This document shows positions 42,558 through 60,960 of a DNA stretch of 64,000 nt, piece by piece. The notes under the pieces are model-generated. The model ran no database searches. It worked only from the letters and a program-made list of their open reading frames with translations, and had not been told where the DNA came from. The DNA comes from Malacoraja senta (lineage: Eukaryota). The stretch is from the NCBI GenBank assembly GCA_038087875.1, contig JAXLNO010000385.1, positions 620,001 through 684,000 of the forward strand, read 5' to 3'. Made by a program: the position numbers and the translations under genes. Every line of letters begins with the position of its first letter. Within the stretch, counting starts at the first letter, position 1.

Positions 42558-45360
42558 TCAGTATCCCGTACCTGCCTTCTCTCCATACCCCCTGATCCCT
42601 TTAGCCACAAGGGCCACATCTAACTCCCTCTTAAATATAGCCAATGAACTGGCCTCAACAACCCTCTGTGGCAGAGAGTTCCAGAGATTCACCACTCTCT
42701 GTGTGAAAAAGTTTTTCCTCATCTCGGTCTTAAAGGATTTCCCCCTTATCCTTGAGCTGTGACCCCTTGTCCTGGACTTCCCCAACATCGGGAACAATCT
42801 TCCTGCATCTAGCCTGTCCAACCCCATAAGAATTTTGTACGTTTCTATAAGATCCCCTCTCAATCTCCTAAATTCTAGCGAGTATAAGCCAAGTCTATCC
42901 AGTCTTTCTTCATATGAAAGTCCTGACATCCAAGGAATCAGTCTGGTGAACCTTCTCTGCACTCCCTCTATGGCTATAATGTCCTTCCTCAGATTTGGAG
43001 ACCAAAACTGTACGCAATACTCCAGGTGTGGTCTCACCAATACCCTGTACAACTGCAGTAGAACCTCCCTGCTCCTATACTCAAATCCTCTTGCTATGAG
43101 GGCCAAAATACCATTCGCTTTCTTCACTGCCTGCTGCACCTGCATGTCTACTTTCAATGACTGTTGTACCATGACACCCAGGTCTCGCTGCATCTCCCCA
43201 TTTCCTAATCGGCCACCATTTAGATAATAGTCTGCCTTCCCGTTTTTGCCACCAAAGTGGATAACCTCACATTTATCCACATTATACTGCATCTGCCAAA
43301 CATTTGCCCACTCACCCAGCCTATCCAAGTCACCTTGCAGTCTCCTAGCATCCTCCTCACAGCTAACACTGCCCCCCAGCTTAGTGTCATCCGCAAACTT
43401 GGAGATGTTGCTTTCAATTCCCTCGTCCAGATCATTAATATAAATTGTAAAAAGCTGGGGTCCCAGCACTGAGCCTTGCGGTACCCCACTAGTCACTGAC
43501 TGCCATTGTGAAAAGGACCCGTTTACTCCTACTCTTTGCTTCCTATTTGCCAGCCAGTTCTCTATCCACATCAATACTGAACCCTCAATACCGTGTGATT
43601 TAAGTTTGTATCCTAATCTCTTATGTGGTACCTTGTCGAAAGCCTTCTGAAAGTCCAGATACAACACATCCACTGGTTCTCCCCTATCCACTCTACTAGT
43701 TACATCCTCGAAAAATTCTATAAGATTCGTCAGACACGATTTACCTTTCGTAAATCCATGCTGACTTTGTCCAATGATTTCACCACTTTCCAAATGTGCT
43801 GCTATCCCATCTTTAATAACTGACTCTAGCAGTTTCCCCACTACCGATGTTAGACTAACTGGTCTGTAATTCCCCGATTCCTCTCTCCCTCCCTTCTTAA
43901 AAAGTGGGGTTACGTTTGCTACCCTCCAATCCTCAGAACTACTCCAGAATCTAAAGAGTTTTGAAAAATTATCACTAATGCATCCATTATTTCTGGAGCT
44001 ACTTCCTTAAGTACTCTGGGATGCAGCCTATCTGGCCCTGGTGATTTATCGGCCTTTAATCCATTCAATTTACCCAACACCACTTCCCGACTAACCTGGA
44101 TTTCACTCAGTTCCTCCATCTCCTTTGACCCGCGGCCCCCTGCTATTTCCGGCAGATTATTTATGTCTTCCTTAGTGAAGACGGAACCAAAGTAGTTATT
44201 CCATTGGTCCGCCATATCCTTGTTCCCCATGATCAATTCACCTGTTTCTGACTGCAAGGGACCTACATTTGTTTTAACTAATCTCTTTCTCTTCACATAT
44301 CTATAAAAACTTTTGCAGTCAGTTTTTATGTTCCCTGCCAGTTTCCTTTCATAATCTATTTTCCCTTTCCTAATTAAGCCCCTTTTCCTCCTCTGCAGGT
44401 CTCTGAATTTCTCCCAGTCCTCTGGTATGCTGCTTTTTCTGGCTAATTTGTACGCATCATCTTTTGCTTTGATACTATCCCTGATTTCCCTTGTTATCCA
44501 CGGATACACTACCTTCCCTGATTTATTCTTTTGCCAAACTGGGATGAACAATTTTTGTAGTTCATCCATGCATTCTTTAAATGCCTTCCATTGCATATCC
44601 ACCGTCAACACTTTTAGAACTAATTGCCAGTCAATCTTGGCCAATTCACGTCTCATACCCTCAAAGTTACCTTTCTTTAAGTTCAGAACCGTTGTTTCTG
44701 AATTAACAATGTCACTCTCCATCCTAATGAAGAACTCAATCATATTATGGTCACTCTTGCCCAAGGGGGCACGCACAACAAGTCTGCTAACTAACCCTTC
44801 CTCATTACTCAATACCCAGTCTAGAATAGCCTGCTCTCTCGTTGGTTGCTCTACATGTTGGTTTAGATAACTATCCCTCATACATTCCAAGAAATCCTCT
44901 TCCTCAGCACCCCAGCCAATTTGATTCACCCAATCTATATGTAGATTGAAGTCACCCATTATAACTGTTTTGCCTTTGTTGCACGCATTTCTAATTTCCT
45001 GTTTGATGCCATTCCCAACTTCACCACTACTGCTAGGTGGCCTGTACACAACACCCACCAGCGTTTTCTGCACTTAGTGTTTCGCAGCTCTACCCATACC
45101 GATTCCACATCCTCCAAGCTAATGTCCTTCCTTTCCACTGCGTTAATCTCCTCTCTAACCAGCAACGCTACCCCACCTCCTTTTCCTTTCTCTCTATCCC
45201 TCCTGAATATTGAATATCCCTGGATGTTCAGCTCCCAGCCTTGGTCACCCTGGAGCCATGTCTCCGTGATCCCAACTATATCATAATCATTAATTGCTAT
45301 CTTCACGTTCAACTCATCCACCTTATTATGAATGCTCCTTGCATTGAGACACAAAGCCTT
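42558..45360 (-). pseudogene. CR1 ORF2 (APE endonuclease plus reverse transcriptase), frameshifted
   Basis: Motifs [37 protein letters not shown] and FADD, spread over three ORF pieces. Confidence 0.95.
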
Positions 45361-45670
45361 CAGGCTTGTTTTTACAACGCTCTTACCCATTATACAATTA
45401 TGTTGAAAAGTGGCTCTTTTTGATTTTTGCCCTGGATTTGTCTGCCTGCCACTTTTACTTTTCACCTTGCTACCTATTGCTTCCGCCCGCATTTTACACC
45501 CCTCTGTTTCTCTGCTCACCCATTTAAGAACCCCACCACCTCTTATTCTCTGTTTATTATTGTTTTCTTCTTTCCCCCTACATGTTGGGTCTGAGTGCTT
45601 TCCTTCTCTGCCTCCTGCCTCACACACTGTCTAATAGCATTCTCTATTTGAGTCCCTCCCCCCAACCATT

Positions 45671-46605
45671 CTAGTTTAAAGTCTCCCCAGTAGCCTTTGC
45701 AGATCTCCCCGCCAGGGTATCGGCCCCCCTCAGGTTCAGGTGCAACCCATCCTTTTTGTACAGGTCGAACCTTCCACAAAAGAGGTCCCAATGATCCAGA
45801 AATTTGAATCCCTGCCTTCTGCACCAGTCCTTCAGCCACGCATTTATCCTCCACCTCGCTCCGTTCCTACTCTCACTGTCACGTGGCACAGGCAGTAATC
45901 CCGAGATTGTTACCTTTGCTGTCCTCCTCTTTAACTCCCATCCTAACTCCCTAAATTCTCCTTTCAGGACCTCTTCTCTTTTTTTACCTATGTCATTGGT
46001 AGCTATATGTACCACGACCTCGGGGTCCTCTCCCTGCCCTTTAATGATGTCTTGGACACGTTGAGACACATCACAGATCCTGGCATCAGGGAGGCAAACT
46101 ACCATCCGGGTCTCCCGACTGCGTCCACAGAATCGCCTGTCTCACCCCCTAACTATAGAGTCCCCTATTAGTATTGCCCTCCTCTTCTTTTCCTTACTCT
46201 TCTGAGCAACAGGACCGGTCTCTATACCGGAGGCCCGGCCGCTGTCGCTACCCCCAGGTAGGCTGTCCACCCCAACAGTGCTCAAACAGGAGTACTTATT
46301 GTCAAGGTGTACAGCCACCGGGGTACTCTCTAGTCCCTGCCTGTGTCCCTTGCCTCTCCCAACCGTGATCCACTTGCCTGCCTCCTGTGGTGTTGGAGTG
46401 ACCACATCCCTGTAACTCCTCTCAATGACTTCCTCGCTCTCCCTGACCAGACGGAGGTCATCGAGCTGCTGCTCCAGGTTCCTAATACGGTCCATTAGGA
46501 GCCCCATCTCGATACACCTGGCGCAGATGTGGACGTCTGGAGGGCTATCAGACTCCATGACTTCCCACATCTGACATCCAGAACAGTAAACTGCCCTGCC
46601 CTCAT
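45671..46605 (-). pseudogene. CR1 ORF1 (zinc finger, coiled coil, SGNH/GDSL esterase) with an in-frame TGA at 46142-46144
   Basis: Motifs CSGC..HICARC, IGDSIVRG, HIATND and DGLHLN. Confidence 0.9.
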
Positions 46606-49600
46606 ACTCCCCTTACCCTGGATACAATACATCTGATAACCAGAACAGTAAACTGCCCTGGGCCCTCATACTCCCCTTACCCTGGATACAATACATCTGA
46701 CATCCAGAACAGTAAACTGCCCTGGGCCCTCATACTCCTCCTGTACCCTGGATACAATACATCTGACATCCAGAACAGTAAACTGCCCTGGCCCTCATAG
46801 TCATACTCCCCTTACCCTGGATACAATACATCTGACATCCAGAACAGTAAACTGCCCTGGCCCTCATACTCCCCTTACCCTGGATACAATACATCTGACA
46901 TCCAGAACAGTAAACTGCCCTGGGCCTCATACTCCCCTTACCCTGGATACAATACATCTGACATCCAGAACAGTAAACTGCCCTGGGCCCTCATACTCCC
47001 CTTACCCTGGATACAATACATCTGACATCCAGAACAGTAAACTGCCCTGGGCCTCATACTCCCCTTACCCTGGATACAATACATCTGACATCCAGAACAG
47101 TAAACTGCCCTGGGCCCTCATACTCCCCTTACCCCGGATACAATACATCTGACATACAGAACAGTAAACTGCCCTGGCCCTCATACTCCCCCTGTACCCT
47201 GGATACAATACATCTGACATCCAGAACAGTAAACTGCCCTGGGCCCTCATACTCCCCTTACCCTGGATACAATACATCTGACATCCAGTACAGTAAACTG
47301 CCCTGGCCCTCATACTCCCCTTACCCTGGATACAATACATCTGACATCCAGAACAACAAACTGCCCTGGGCCCTCATACTCCCCTTACCCTGGATACAAT
47401 ACATCTGACATCCAGAACAGTAAACTGCCCTGGCCCTCATACTCCCCTTACCCTGGATACAATACATCTGACATCCAGAACAGTAAACTGCCCTGGGCCC
47501 TCATACTCCCCTTACCCTGGATACAATACATCTGACATCCAGAACAGTAAACTGCCCTGGGCCCTCATACTCCCCTTACCATAGATACAATACATCTGAC
47601 ATCCAGAACAGTAAACTGCCCTGGGCCCTCATACTCCACTTACCCTGGATACAATACATCTGACATCCAGAACAGTAAACTGCCCTGGGCCCTCATACTC
47701 CCCTTACCCTGGATACAATACATCTGACATCCAGAACAGTAAACTGCCCTGGGCCCTCATACTCCCCTTACCCTGGATACAATACATCTGACATCCAGAA
47801 CAGTAAACTGCCCTGGGCCCTCATACTCCCCTTACCCTGGATACAATACATCTGACATCCAGAACAGTAAACTGCCCTGGCCCTCATACTCCCCTTACCC
47901 TGGATACAATACATCTGACATCCAGAACAGTAAACTGCCCTGGGCCCTCATACTCCCCTTACCCTGGATACAATACATCTGTCATCCAGAACAGTAAACT
48001 GCCCTGGGCCCTCATACTCCCCTTACCCTGGATACAATACATCTGACATCCAGAACAGTAAACTGCCCTGGGCCCTCATACTCCCCTTACCCTGGATACA
48101 ATACATCTGACATCCAGACCAGTAAACTGCCCTGGCCCTCATACTCCCCTTACCCTGGATACAATACATCTGACATCCAGAACAGTAAACTGCCCTGGCC
48201 CTCATACTCCCCTTACCCTGGGTACAATACATCTGACATCCAGAACAGTAAACTGCCCTGGCCCTCATACTCCCCTTACCCTGGATACAATACATCTGAC
48301 ATCCAGAACAGTAAACTGCCCTGGGCCCTCATACTCCCCTTACCCTGGATACAATACATCTGACATCCAGAACAGTAAACTGCCCTGGGCCCTCATACTC
48401 CCCTTACCCTGGATACAATACATCTGACATCCAGAACAGTAAACTGCCCTGGGCCCTCATACTCCCCTTACCCTGGATACAATACATCTGACATCCAGAA
48501 CAGTAAACTGCACTGGGCCTCATACTACCCTTACCCTGGATACAATACATCTGACATCCAGAACAGTAAACTGCCCTGGCCCTCATACTCCCCTTACCCT
48601 GGATACAATACATCTGACATCCAGAACAGTAAACTGCCCTGGGCCCTCATACTCCCCTTACCCTGGATACAATACATCTGACATCCAGAACAGTAAACTG
48701 CCCTGGGCCCTCATACTCCCCTTACCCTGGATACAATACATCTGACATCCAGAACAGTAAACTGCCCTGGGCCCTCATACTCCCCTTACCCTGGATACAA
48801 TACATCTGACATCCAGAACAGTAAACTGCCCTGGGCCCTCATACTCCCCTTACCCTGGATACAATACATCTGACATCTAGAACAGTAAACTGCCCTGGCC
48901 CTCATACTCCCCTTACCCTGGATAGAATACATCTGACATACAGAACAGTAAACTGCCCTGGGCCCTCATACTCCCCTTACCCTGGATACAATACATCTGA
49001 CATCCAGAACAGTAAACTGCACTGGGCCCTCATACTCCCCTTACCCTGGATACAATACATCTGACATCCAGAACAGTAAACTGCCCTGGCCCTCATACTC
49101 CCCTTACCCTGGATACAATACATCTGACATTCAGAACAGTAAACTGCCCTGGGCCTCATACTCCCCTTACCCTGGATACAATACATCTGACATCCAGAAC
49201 AGTAAACTGCCCTGGCCCTCATACTCCCCTTACCCTGGATAGAATACATCTGACATCCAGAACAGTAAACTGCCCTGGGCCCTCATACTCCCCTTACCCT
49301 TGGATACAATACATCTGACATCCAGAACAGTAAACTGCCCTGGCCCTCATACTCCCCTGACCCTGGATACAATACATCTGACATCCAGAACAGTAAACTG
49401 CCCTGGGCCCTCATACTCCCCTTACCCTTGGATACAATACATCTGACATCCAGAACAGTAAACTGCACTGGGCCCTCATACTCCCCTTACCCTGGATACA
49501 ACACATCTGACATCCAGAACAGTAAACTGCCCTGGCCCTCATACTCCCCTTACCCTGGATACAATACATCTGACATCCAGAACAGTAAACTGCCCTGGGC

Positions 49601-50592
49601 CCTCATACTCCCCTTACCCTTGGATACAATACATCTGACATCCAGAACAGTAAACTGCACTGGGCCCTCATACTCCCCTTACCCTGGATACAATACATCT
49701 GACATCCAGAACAGTAAACTGCCCTGGGCCCTCATACTCCCCTTACCCTGGATACAATACATCTGACATCCAGAACAGTAAACTGCCCTGGGCCCTCATA
49801 CTCCCCTTACCCTGGATACAATACACCTGACATCCAGAACAGTAAACTGCACTGGGCCCTCATACTCCCCTTACCCTGGATACAATACATCTGACATCCA
49901 GAACAGTAAACTGCCCTGGGCCCTCATACTCCCCTTACCCTGGATACAATACATCTGACATCCAGAACAGTAAACTGCCCTGGGCCCTCATACTCCCCTT
50001 ACCCTGGATACAATACATCTGACATCCAGAACAGTAAACTGCCCTGGGCCCTCATACTCCCCTTACCCTGGATACAATACATCTGACATCCAGAACAGTA
50101 AACTGCCCTGGGCCCTCATACTCCCCTTACCCTGGATACAATACATCTGACATCCAGAACAGTAAACTGCCCTGGGCCCTCATACTCCCCTTACCCTGGA
50201 TACAATACATCTGACATCCAGAACAGTAAACTGCCCTGGCCCTCATACTCCCCTTACCCTGGATACAATACATCTGACATCCAGAACAGTAAACTGCCCT
50301 GGGCCCTCATACTCCCCTTACCCTGGATACAATGCATCTGACATCCAGAACAGTAAACTGCCCTGGGCCCTCATACTCCCCTTACCCTGGATACAATACA
50401 TCTGACATCCAGAACAGTAAACTGCCCTGGGCCCTCATACTCCCCTTACCCTGGATACAATACATCTGACATCCAGAACAGCAAACTGCCCTGGGCCCTC
50501 ATACTCCCCTTACCCTGGATACAATACATCTGACATCCAGAACAGTAAACTGCCCTGGGCCCTCATACTCCCCTTACCCCGGATACAATACA
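46568..50592. repeat. 63/64-bp tandem satellite, about 63 copies
   Basis: Unit CATCTGACATCCAGAACAGTAAACTGCCCTG(G)GCCCTCATACTCCCCTTACCCTGGATACAATA; period 64 measured at 49741/49805. Confidence 0.98.
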
Positions 50593-50799
50593 AAACAAGC
50601 TGCTACAATACAGTACAATCAGCAGGGATCTGACTCCCAATCAGCTGCTCCCTCTTGTCTGCTTCCACCAAACCCACTTGTTTATGAAGTGGAACTTGGA
50701 ACCTTACAGATTTCCGCAACGTTCTTTATCTCCTACCGCTCGGGTGTAGCTCCTCCGTCTGCGACCTCTCCAGCGGCTCTCGGGCCTCTGTCTAGCCCC

Positions 50800-50952
50800 T
50801 CGGGCCCCTGGAGTCAAGGGATACGGGGAGAAGGCAGGCACGGGTTATTGATAGGGGACGATCAGCCATGATCACAATGAATGGCGGTGTTGGCTCGAAG
50901 GGCCAAATGGCCTCCTCCTGCACCTATTGTCTATGTTTCTATGTTTCTATGT
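50800..50952 (+). mobile_element. CR1 3'UTR fragment
   Basis: GGAGAAGGCAGGCACGGG.. followed by a (TTTCTATG)n tail. Confidence 0.8.
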
Positions 50953-51374
50953 ATTTCTGTGCCTATATATCGATTAATTTAAGAGAGTATTTCTCCCTCT
51001 GTGATGTGTATATCTGGGACACATAGAGACTGAAAGAAACACTTCAATGGTCAGGGATATTTAAAAATGAACAACCTATTTGACAGGCAGTTATATTATT
51101 TTTAATATATATTATTTTGTTGTTTACTCTGCCCCTTTGAGAAAATTAGACACCTATTGATGTTTAATTCCTGGGATTTCCAGGCTGTAGTTCAGTTTGA
51201 GGACAGTGAAGCAAGCACCTGTTGGACACTTGCGAGGGAGATGACCGATGGGCCTCCGTTGTTAGTAACACCACCACCCAATATAGTGTCGCCACTGTTG
51301 TGCAGTCAGTTTTGTGTCCGCGGTGTGGCTACAACTGGGGAGGCCGATGACAGACAGAGCACACTTGAGATTAC

Positions 51375-52388
51375 AGGTAGACAAAAATGCTGGAGAAACT
51401 CAGCGGGTGCAGCAGCATAGAAACATAGAAACATAGAAACATAGACAATAGGTGCAGGAGTAGGCCATTCGGCCCTTCGAGCCGGCACCGCCATTAAATA
51501 TGATCATGGCTGATCATCCAACTCAGTACCCTGTACCTGCCTTCTCTCCATACCCCCTGATCCCTTTAGCCACAAGGGCCACATCTAACTCCCTCTTAAA
51601 TATAGCTAATGAACTGGCCTCAACTACCTTCTGTGGCAGAGAATTCCACAGATTCACCACTCTCTGTGTAAAAAATGTTTTTCTCATCTCAGTCCTAAAA
51701 GATTTCCCCTTTAACCTTAAACTGTCCTGGACCTTGTCCTGGACTTCCCCAACATCGGGAACAATCTTCCTGCATCTAGCCTGTCCAACCCCTTAACAAT
51801 TTGGTACGTTTCTATAAGATCCCCACTCAATCTTCAAAAATTCCAGCGAGTACAAGCCGAGTCTATCCAGTCTTTCTTCATATGAAAGTCCTGCCATCCC
51901 AGGAATCAGTCTGGTGAACCTTCTCTGTACTCCCTCTATGGCAAAAATGTATTTCCTCAGATTAGGAGACCAAAACTGAACGCAATACTCCAGGTGTGGT
52001 CTCATCTATCGAGCGAAGGAAATAACCAACGTTTTGGGCCGAAACCCTTCTTCAGACTGATAGGGGGTGGGCGGAGAAGAAAGGAAAAAGGAGGAGGAGG
52101 AGCCCGAGGGATGAGGGAGAGCTGGGAAGGGTAGGAGACAGCAAGGGCTAACAAAATTGGGAGAAATCAATGTTCATGCCCCCCAGGATGCAGACTCCCC
52201 AAGCGGAATTTGAGGTGCTGTTCCTCCAATTTCCGGTGTTGCTCACTCTGGCCATGGAGGAGACACAGGACAGAGACGTCGTATTGGGAATGGGAGGGGG
52301 AGTTGAAGTGCTGAGCCACCGGGATGTCAGGTTGGTTATTGCGGACCAAGCGGAGGTGTTCGGCGAAACGATCGCCAAGCCCCCGCTT
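51375..52388 (-). mobile_element. Penelope-like 3' fragment split by a CR1
   Basis: Reads LGDRFAEHLRLVRNNQP..LGSLHPGG. The terminal sequence continues at 51375-51416. Confidence 0.85.
51417..52005 (-). mobile_element. CR1 (lineage A) 3' fragment nested in Penelope
   Basis: Reads RPHLEYCVQFWSP, with a (CATAGAAA)n tail. Confidence 0.9.
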
Positions 52389-52733
52389 ACAGAACCGGTG
52401 ATTCCAGTGCTGTGTCAAATGATCATGGAAACAGCATGGAAACTGGCCCTTCGGCCCGACTCATCCATGCAGATCGAGATGTCTATCTACGTTAATCTCA
52501 TTCACTTGTATTTGTTCCATTCATACCCATATCCCTGATATCTGATGAAATAATGGATTGACTGGGGTAATATGCACTGGAATTTGGAAGGATGAGAGGC
52601 CATCTGTTCGAAACATATAAAATTCTTAAAGGATTGGGCAGGCGAGATGCGGAAAAATGTTCCAGATGTTGGGGGAGTCCAGAACCAGGAGGTCACAGTT
52701 TAAGAATAAGGGGTAGGCGATTTAAGACTGAGG

Positions 52734-55358
52734 GTGGAACTGAGAAATGGGAAAGGTGTAGCAACAATTATAGGGGTGTATTATAGACCGCCAGATGGGG
52801 AGCGACAAATGGAAGAGCAAATATGTAAGGAGATAGCAGATATTAGTAGTAAGCCCAAGGTAGTGATTGTGGGAGATTTCAATTTTCCACACATAGACTG
52901 TGAAACACATTCTGTAAAAGGGCTGGATGGTTTGGAGTTTGTAAAATGTGTGCAGGATAGTTTTTTTGCAGCAATACATAGAGGTACCTACTAGAGAAGG
53001 GGCAGTGCTGGACCTCCTGTTAGTAAATGAGACAGGGCAGGTGGCGGAGGTATGCGTCGGGGAGCACTTCGGGTACAGTGATCACAATACGATTAGTTTC
53101 AATATAATTATGGAGAGGGTCAGAACTGGACTTAGGGTTGAGATTTTTGATTGGAGAAAGGCTAACTTTGAGGAGATGCGAAAGGATTTAAAAGGAGTGA
53201 ATTGGGACATGTTGTTTTATGGGAAGGATGTAGAAGAGAAATGGAGGACATTTAAGGGTGAAATTTTAAGAGTACAGAATCTTTATGTCCCTGTTCAGTT
53301 GAAAGGAAATAGTAAAAATTGGAAAGAGCCATGGTTTTCAAGGGAAATTGGACACTTGGTTCGGAAAAAGAGAGAGATCTACAATAATTATAGGCAGCAT
53401 GGAGTAAATGAGGTGCTTGAGGAGTATAAAGAATGCAAAAAGATTATTAAGAAAGAAATTAGAAAAGCTAAAAGAAGATATGAGGTTGCTTTGGCAAGTA
53501 AGGTGAAAGTAAATCCACAGGGTTTCTACAGCTATATTAATAGCAAAAGGATAACAAGGAATAAAATTGGTCCATTAGAGTCAGAGTGGACAGCTATCTG
53601 CAGAGCCAAAAGAGATGGGGGAGATATTGAACAATTTATTTGCTTCGGTATTCACCAAGGAGAAGGATATGGAATTATGTGAGGTAAGGGAAACAAGCAG
53701 ACTAGCAATGGAAACTGTGAGATTCAAAGAAGAGGAGGTGCGGACACTTTTGAAAAATATGAAAACGGATAAGTCTCCAGGTCCTGACAGGATATTCCCT
53801 AGGACATTGAGGGAAGTTAATGTAGAAATAGCCGGGGCTATGACAGAAATATTTCAAATGTCATTAGAAACGTGAATAGTGCCGGAGGATTGGCGTACTG
53901 CGCATGTTGTTCCGTTGTTTAAAAAGGGTGCTAAGAGTAAACCTAGCAATTATATACCTGTTAGTTTGACGTCAGCGGTGGGCAAATTAATGGAAAGGAT
54001 ACTTAAAGATAATATATATAAGCATCTGGATAAGCTGGGTCTGATTAGGAACAGTCAACATGGATTTGTGCCTGGAAGGTCATGCTTGACTAATCTTCTT
54101 GAATTTTTCGAAGAGGTTACTAGGGAAATTGATGAGGGTAAAGCAGTGGGTGTTGTCTATATGGACTTCAGTAAGGCATTTGACAAGGTTCCTCATGAAA
54201 GGTTGGTTAAGAAGATTCAATTGTTGGGTATTAATGGTGGAGTTGCAAGATGGATTCAACAGTGGCTGAATGGGAGATGCCAGAGAGTAATGGTGGATGG
54301 CCGTTTGTCAGGTTGGAGGCCGGTGACTAGTGGGGTGCCTCAGGGGTCTGTGTTGGGTCCACTGTTGTTTGTCATGTACATTAATGATCTGGATGATGGT
54401 GTGGAAAATTGGATTAGTAAGTATGCAGATGATACTAAGATAGGTGGTTGGTGTTGTGGATAATGAAGTAGATTTTCAAAGTCTACAGAGAGATTTAGGC
54501 CATTTGGAAGAGTTAGCTGAAAGATGGCAGATGGAGTTTAATGCTGACAAATGTGAGGTGCTACATCTCGGCAGGACAAATCAAAATAGGACGTACATGG
54601 TAAATGGTAGCGAATTGAGGAATGCACTTGAACAGAGGGATCTAGGAATAACTGTGCATAGTTCCCTGAAGGTGGAATCTCATGTAGATCGGGTGGTAAA
54701 GAAAGCTTTTGGTGTGCTGGCCTTTATAAATCAGAGCATTGAATGTAGAAGTTGGGATGTAATGTTAAAATTGTACAAGGCATTGGTGAGGCCAATTCTG
54801 GAGTATGGAGTACAATTTTGGTCGCCTAATGTTAGGAAGGATGTCAACAAAATAGAGAGAGTACAGAGGAGATTTACTAGAATGTTGCCTGGGTTTCAGC
54901 AACTAAGTTACAGAGAAAGGTTGAACAAGTTAGGTGTTTATTCTTTGGAACGCAGAAGGTTAAGAGGGGACTTGATAGAGGTCTTTAAAATTATGAGCGG
55001 GTCAGACAGAGTTGACGTGGATAAGCTTTTCTCATTGATAGTAGGGAAGATTCAAACAAGGGGACATGACTTGAGAATTAAGGGACAGAAGTTTAGGGGG
55101 AACATTAGGGGGAACTTCTTTATTCAGAGATTGGTAGCTGTGTGGAATGAGTTTCCAGTGGAAGTGGTGGAGGCAGGTTCGATGTTATCCTTTCAAAATA
55201 GATTGGATGGGTATATGGACGGGAAAGGAATGGAGGGTTATGGTCTGAGTGCAGGTAGATGGGACTAGGGGGAAGTTTTTAAAAAAAAGAAAGAAGAAAA
55301 AAAAGTGTTCGTCACGGACTTGAAGGGCCGAGATGGCCTGTTTCCGTGCTGTTATGGT
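52734..55358 (+). mobile_element. CR1 LINE (lineage B), 5'-truncated and frameshifted ORF2
   Basis: APE and RT motifs; highly similar to 34750-37300. Confidence 0.95.
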
Positions 55359-56063
55359 TATACACCAGTCATTGAAAGTAGGCATGCAGGTGCAGCACGC
55401 AGTGAAGAAAGGGAATGGTATGTTAGCATTCATAGCAAAAGGATTTGAGTTTAGGAGCAGGGAGGGTCCACTGCAGTTGTACAGGGTCTTGGTTAGACCA
55501 CACCTGGAATATTGCGTACGGTTTTGGTCTCCTAATCTGAGGAAATACATTCTTGCCATCGAGGGAGTACAGAGAAGGTTCACCAGGCTGATTCCTTGGA
55601 TGGCAGGACTTTCATATGAAGAAAGACTGGATAGACTCGGCTTGTACTCGCTAGAATTTAGAAGATTGAGGGGGGATCTTATAGAAACTTACAAAATTCT
55701 TAAAGTGTTGGACAGGCCAGATGCAGGAAGATTGTTCCCGATGTTGGGGAAGTCCAGAACAAGGGGTCACACAGTTTAAGGATAAGGGGAAGTCTTTTAG
55801 GACCGAGATGAGAAAAAACATATTTCACACAGAGAGTGGTGAATCTGTGGAATTCTCTGCCACAGAAGGTAGTTGAGGCCAGTTCATTGGCTATATTTAA
55901 GAGGGAGTTAGATGTGGCCCTTGTGGCTAAATGCATCAGGGGGTATGGAGAGAAGGCAGGTACAGGATACTGAGATGGATGATCAGCCATGATTGTATTG
56001 AATGGCGGTGCAGGCTCGAAGGGCCGAATGGCCTCCTCCTGCACCTATTTTCTATGTTTCTAT
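55359..56063 (+). mobile_element. CR1 (lineage A) 3' fragment, paralog of 6701-7405
   Basis: ORF 55333-55779. Confidence 0.92.
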
Positions 56064-60182
<4,119 letters not shown>

Positions 60183-60627
60183 CGCCTGCTCAATACGAAA
60201 TGGTTAAGATCTTCAAGTTCCTTGGAATTAATATTACCAATGATTACCAAGTCTGACTCCATCAAAACGATAGCAGGCAGCCTTGGATGCCTAACCTCCT
60301 TAGTCAAACCACATGTCAAAAAACTTGTCGTGATATTTGACTCCGCATTGAAGTTTGACATGGAAGTCAACGCTGTGGTAGAAGTTCGATTCTTCCACCT
60401 TCGTACAATAGCTAAAACCAAATCCTTCCTCAAATTCGACGACATTGAAAAAAAACATCCACGCATCCACGCGGCTCCGGCCGGCTAAAGGTACAGAGGC
60501 TTGAACGAACGCACCACCACACTAAGAAACCTCTTTTCCCCTCTGCTATTATGTTTCCTAACGGGGATTCCACAAGCCATGAGTACGCGATTCACCACAT
60601 CCCCAACGTGGACAGCTGACTTGGTAT

Positions 60628-60960
60628 TTAGTATTATTTAGTTTTAGTTTTAGAGATGCAGCCCAGAAAGAGGCCCTTCGGCCCACCGGGTCGGCGCCGA
60701 CCAGCGATCCCCGCACATTAACACTATTCTACTCCCACTAGGGACCATTTTTACATTTTCCCCAAGTCAATTAACCTAGAAACCTGCATGTATTTGGAGT
60801 GTGGGAGGATACCGAAGATCTCGGAGAAAACCCGCGCAGATCACGGGGAGAACGTACAAACTCCGTCTAGACAGCACCCGTAGTTGGGATCGAACCCGGG
60901 TCTCCGCGCTGCATTCGCTGTAAGGCAGCAACTCTACCGCCTGCACCACCGTGACCGCCC
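60628..60960 (-). mobile_element. V-SINE (HE1-like), paralog of 17172-17505
   Basis: A/B boxes, V core and tail. Confidence 0.85.

Larger units (their letters stand above)
42466..50790 (-). mobile_element. Near-full-length CR1 LINE with a satellite expansion at the ORF1 start
   Basis: Has 5'UTR, ORF1, ORF2, 3'UTR and a CTATG-type tail. Confidence 0.92.

Noticed and set aside
46568..50592. CRISPR-like array or Cys-rich repeat protein
   Set aside because: Units are head to tail with no unique spacers and no cas genes, the context is eukaryotic, and the unit derives from CR1.
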